DNA of 64,000 bases, taken from the IMG/VR virus record IMGVR_UViG_3300048854_000106, positions 187 to 64,186 of that record. The stretch is one strand, 5' to 3'. The DNA is from a virus (Duplodnaviria; Caudoviricetes). Position 1 is the stretch's first letter. The number at the start of each line of letters is the position of its first letter. The position numbers were made by a program, and so were the translations under genes. Positions 61,799 through 64,000 of this stretch are shown piece after piece. The notes below the pieces were generated by a model, which saw only the letters and a list, made by a program, of their open reading frames with translations, was not told where the DNA came from and did not search any database.

Positions 61799-64000
61799 GA
61801 AATCACGGGACCAGATTATGCTGGTCACCGAGTCAAAGCAAATGAACCCGCGGGCAAAGTCGATCCTCATGGATGCGATGCTGTCCGCGGGTTTTGAGAA
61901 GAATGATTTCCGCTGGGCACGCGCATTGCCCAAGCCGCCGGAACCCGGCAAGAACGTTACCAAGACGATGATGAACGCCGCGCGTCCGATCGTGCAGGAG
62001 CGCATCGATGAGAAGGACCCGAAGTACCTTGTCCTGCTTGGCGGTACCCCACTGACAACAGTGACCGAGCTGACGGGCATCAGCAAGCTGCGCGGCAAAC
62101 CAATTAAGCATGACAATCGAATAGTCATTCCCACAATCAATCCACATCAAGCGCTCGCGGATGACCGTTGGGTGGATGCCTTGATCCGCGACATGCAGCG
62201 ACTACGCGAATGTGTGGACTTTGGCGGTATACCTGAAGAGCGTGGCCTAAACTTCGTCGTCGTGGATAATCCCGCGAAGCTGAAGGCGATGTATAAAGCC
62301 TTGCGCGGTACTGTCGCAGTCGATCTCGAAACGACACGACTCTACCCCTACTTCACGATGATGGACCAACAGATCAAAGATGGTCACGCTTCGAAGGCTT
62401 TGCTTGATGCCCACAAAGGCACTCACGGTTCAAACAATCTTCCGGCCGTTGTCGCGATGCAGTTCGGCTGCCGAGACAAGCAGTACGTGGTTCCTATGGA
62501 GACTGCGGACATCTGGTCGAAGAAGATGCTCAAGAAGATTGTCAAGAAGGTCACGCGTCTTCTCGACAACTGCTTCACCGTATTCCACAACGGTAAGTTC
62601 GACTGCCTGTGGATGCTAGTTCGGTTCGGCGCCAAGTGGACCGTCGACTTCGATACAATGCTCGCGCACTACATGTGCGACGAGAACGACCGTCATGGCT
62701 TGAAGGAACTTGCGCAGAAGTACTTGGGTGTTCCTGACTGGGACATTGGTGGCAAGGAAAAAACATCCTGGTCATATGAAAATGCCAAGTACGCTGCTCA
62801 CGACGTCTACTACACAAGGAAGCTGAGGTTCATCCTCGGTAAGTTGCTCGATGAGGACAGCGACACCAAGCGCGTCTTCGAAAAGATCATGATGCCGTGC
62901 GTGGCTCTGTTCATCAAAGCAGAGTTCCGCGGCGTCTATATTAACATGGATCAGTTCGACGAGGCTGAGGCATACCTTCGTGAGGAAGCTGCCAAGGCGT
63001 TGAAGAACTTGAAGCAGTGGGAAGGCAAGGCCACACTTCGGGATAAGAAGACCAACGAGTTCAATTGGGGTAGTGCTGATCAGCTGGCGCACCTGTTGTT
63101 CGTTGACCTCAAGATCAAGCCTATCGATAAGACCAGTGGAGGTAAGAACAGTGTTAGTGAGTCTGTGCTACTTCGCATCGATCATCCCATGGTCGGTGAC
63201 CTTCTGGCTTGGCGAGCAGCCAGCAAACAACTTTCGTCGTTTATTGATGGTTGGCGTCCTTACCTGGATCTTAATGGCCGGCTCCATCCTAGCTTCAAGT
63301 TACACGGTACTGTTACTGGGCGTTTGTCTTGTGAAAACCCCAACCTCCAGCAAGTACCTCGTGATCCTCGTATCCGTACTCTTATCACAGCTGCTCCTGG
63401 CTTCGTGCTTATCGAAATGGATCTCTCGCAGATTGAGCTACGTATCGCTGCGGAACTGGCTGATGAGCATTCGCTGCTACAGGTGTTCCACGATGGCGGC
63501 GATCCGCATTGGCAAACGGCCATTAGAGAAATCGAACGAGGCGCTGGATACAAAAAAGAAGTAATCAAAACCGCGAAGCTTCACAGCGGCGGCAAGAAGA
63601 TGCGCTACAGTGAAGCGATTGAGTATATCCTCGGCATCGGCGGTGACGCCGCAGTGGATACTGTCAGCAAATGGTCCGAGACGAAGAAGCTCAAGAAGGC
63701 GTTCATTGATTGGAAGGAAACACGTAAGAAAGCCAAGGCAATCAACTTCGGCTACCTCTACGGCATGTGGTGGAAGAAGTTCAAGATATATGCGAGAGAC
63801 AACTATGGTGTTACGGTTACGGATGATGAAGCTCAGGCTTCGAGGGAGTCATTCTTTGCGCTTTACCCGGGTTTCCCGGCGTGGCACGAGAAACAACGTC
63901 GCTTCGCTCAGGTCAACGGATACGTACGGTCTCTATCTGGTCGCAAGCGTCGTCTACCCAAGGCAGCTGCGGGAAGAGATAGCCCAGAACGCCGCGAAGC
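61791..64000 (+). CDS. polA: DNA polymerase family A with degenerate UDG-like N-terminal domain and 3'-5' exonuclease (3' end truncated by the window)
   Basis: My translation of the frame (absent from the ORF track because it has no stop): AVDLETT, FHNGKFD, YAAHDV exonuclease motifs; TGRLSCENPNLQQVP; motif A DLSQIELR; motif B RKKAKAINFGYLYG. Confidence 0.92.
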   Translation, partial: MGKKSRDQIMLVTESKQMNPRAKSILMDAMLSAGFEKNDFRWARALPKPPEPGKNVTKTMMNAARPIVQERIDEKDPKYLVLLGGTPLTTVTELTGISKLRGKPIKHDNRIVIPTINPHQALADDRWVDALIRDMQRLRECVDFGGIPEERGLNFVVVDNPAKLKAMYKALRGTVAVDLETTRLYPYFTMMDQQIKDGHASKALLDAHKGTHGSNNLPAVVAMQFGCRDKQYVVPMETADIWSKKMLKKIVKKVTRLLDNCFTVFHNGKFDCLWMLVRFGAKWTVDFDTMLAHYMCDENDRHGLKELAQKYLGVPDWDIGGKEKTSWSYENAKYAAHDVYYTRKLRFILGKLLDEDSDTKRVFEKIMMPCVALFIKAEFRGVYINMDQFDEAEAYLREEAAKALKNLKQWEGKATLRDKKTNEFNWGSADQLAHLLFVDLKIKPIDKTSGGKNSVSESVLLRIDHPMVGDLLAWRAASKQLSSFIDGWRPYLDLNGRLHPSFKLHGTVTGRLSCENPNLQQVPRDPRIRTLITAAPGFVLIEMDLSQIELRIAAELADEHSLLQVFHDGGDPHWQTAIREIERGAGYKKEVIKTAKLHSGGKKMRYSEAIEYILGIGGDAAVDTVSKWSETKKLKKAFIDWKETRKKAKAINFGYLYGMWWKKFKIYARDNYGVTVTDDEAQASRESFFALYPGFPAWHEKQRRFAQVNGYVRSLSGRKRRLPKAAAGRDSPERRE

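Noticed and set aside
57466-64000. Z-genome (2-aminoadenine) or 7-deazaguanine modification system
   Set aside because: No PurZ/adenylosuccinate synthetase-like, DatZ-like HD, DpdA, FolE, QueC, QueD or QueE motifs were recognised; MazG plus PolA alone is not diagnostic
1-64000. tRNA, tmRNA or rRNA genes; introns or inteins in polA, terL or helicase
   Set aside because: No cloverleaf with T-loop/CCA signature was noticed and the conserved motifs of those genes are spaced normally; a tRNAscan/Infernal run would be needed to exclude RNAs formally

Overview
This is an almost complete, circularly permuted genome of a tailed dsDNA phage (siphovirus morphology inferred), probably infecting an alphaproteobacterium. 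The family A DNA polymerase gene starts at about 61791, runs off the right end and finishes at 1..314, so only a few tens of codons appear to be missing. Modules: (i) replication/recombination 1-5539 (+); (ii) a small operon of a CtrA-like winged-helix protein, a spanin pair and a J-domain protein 5773-7580 (+); (iii) holin, endolysin and a GTA-like tail, head and packaging block 7516-30864 (-); (iv) accessory genes, a DenV-like glycosylase and an ATP-dependent ligase 30887-39756; (v) about 45 small early genes, mostly on the minus strand, driven by strong sigma70-type promoters, around an AT-rich TTAA array at 45.2-45.35 kb; (vi) primase-helicase 55282-57207 (-); (vii) a nucleotide cassette 57466-61798 (+): dNMP kinase, MazG-like pyrophosphatase, two thymidylate-synthase-fold genes and dCMP deaminase, followed by PolA with a degenerate UDG-like N-terminal domain. 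I recognised no integrase, tRNA, rRNA or CRISPR array. The two best candidates for an undescribed system are (1) a two-TS-paralog cassette with cytosine-type (Asp177-equivalent) active sites, suggesting a C5 base-modification or unusual dTMP/hmdUMP route, and (2) a CtrA-hijack circuit: a receiver-less CtrA-like protein, three perfect CtrA boxes and a TTAA-N9-TTAA repeat array beside a putative origin or genome end. All family assignments are motif recognition by eye; no database search was run.
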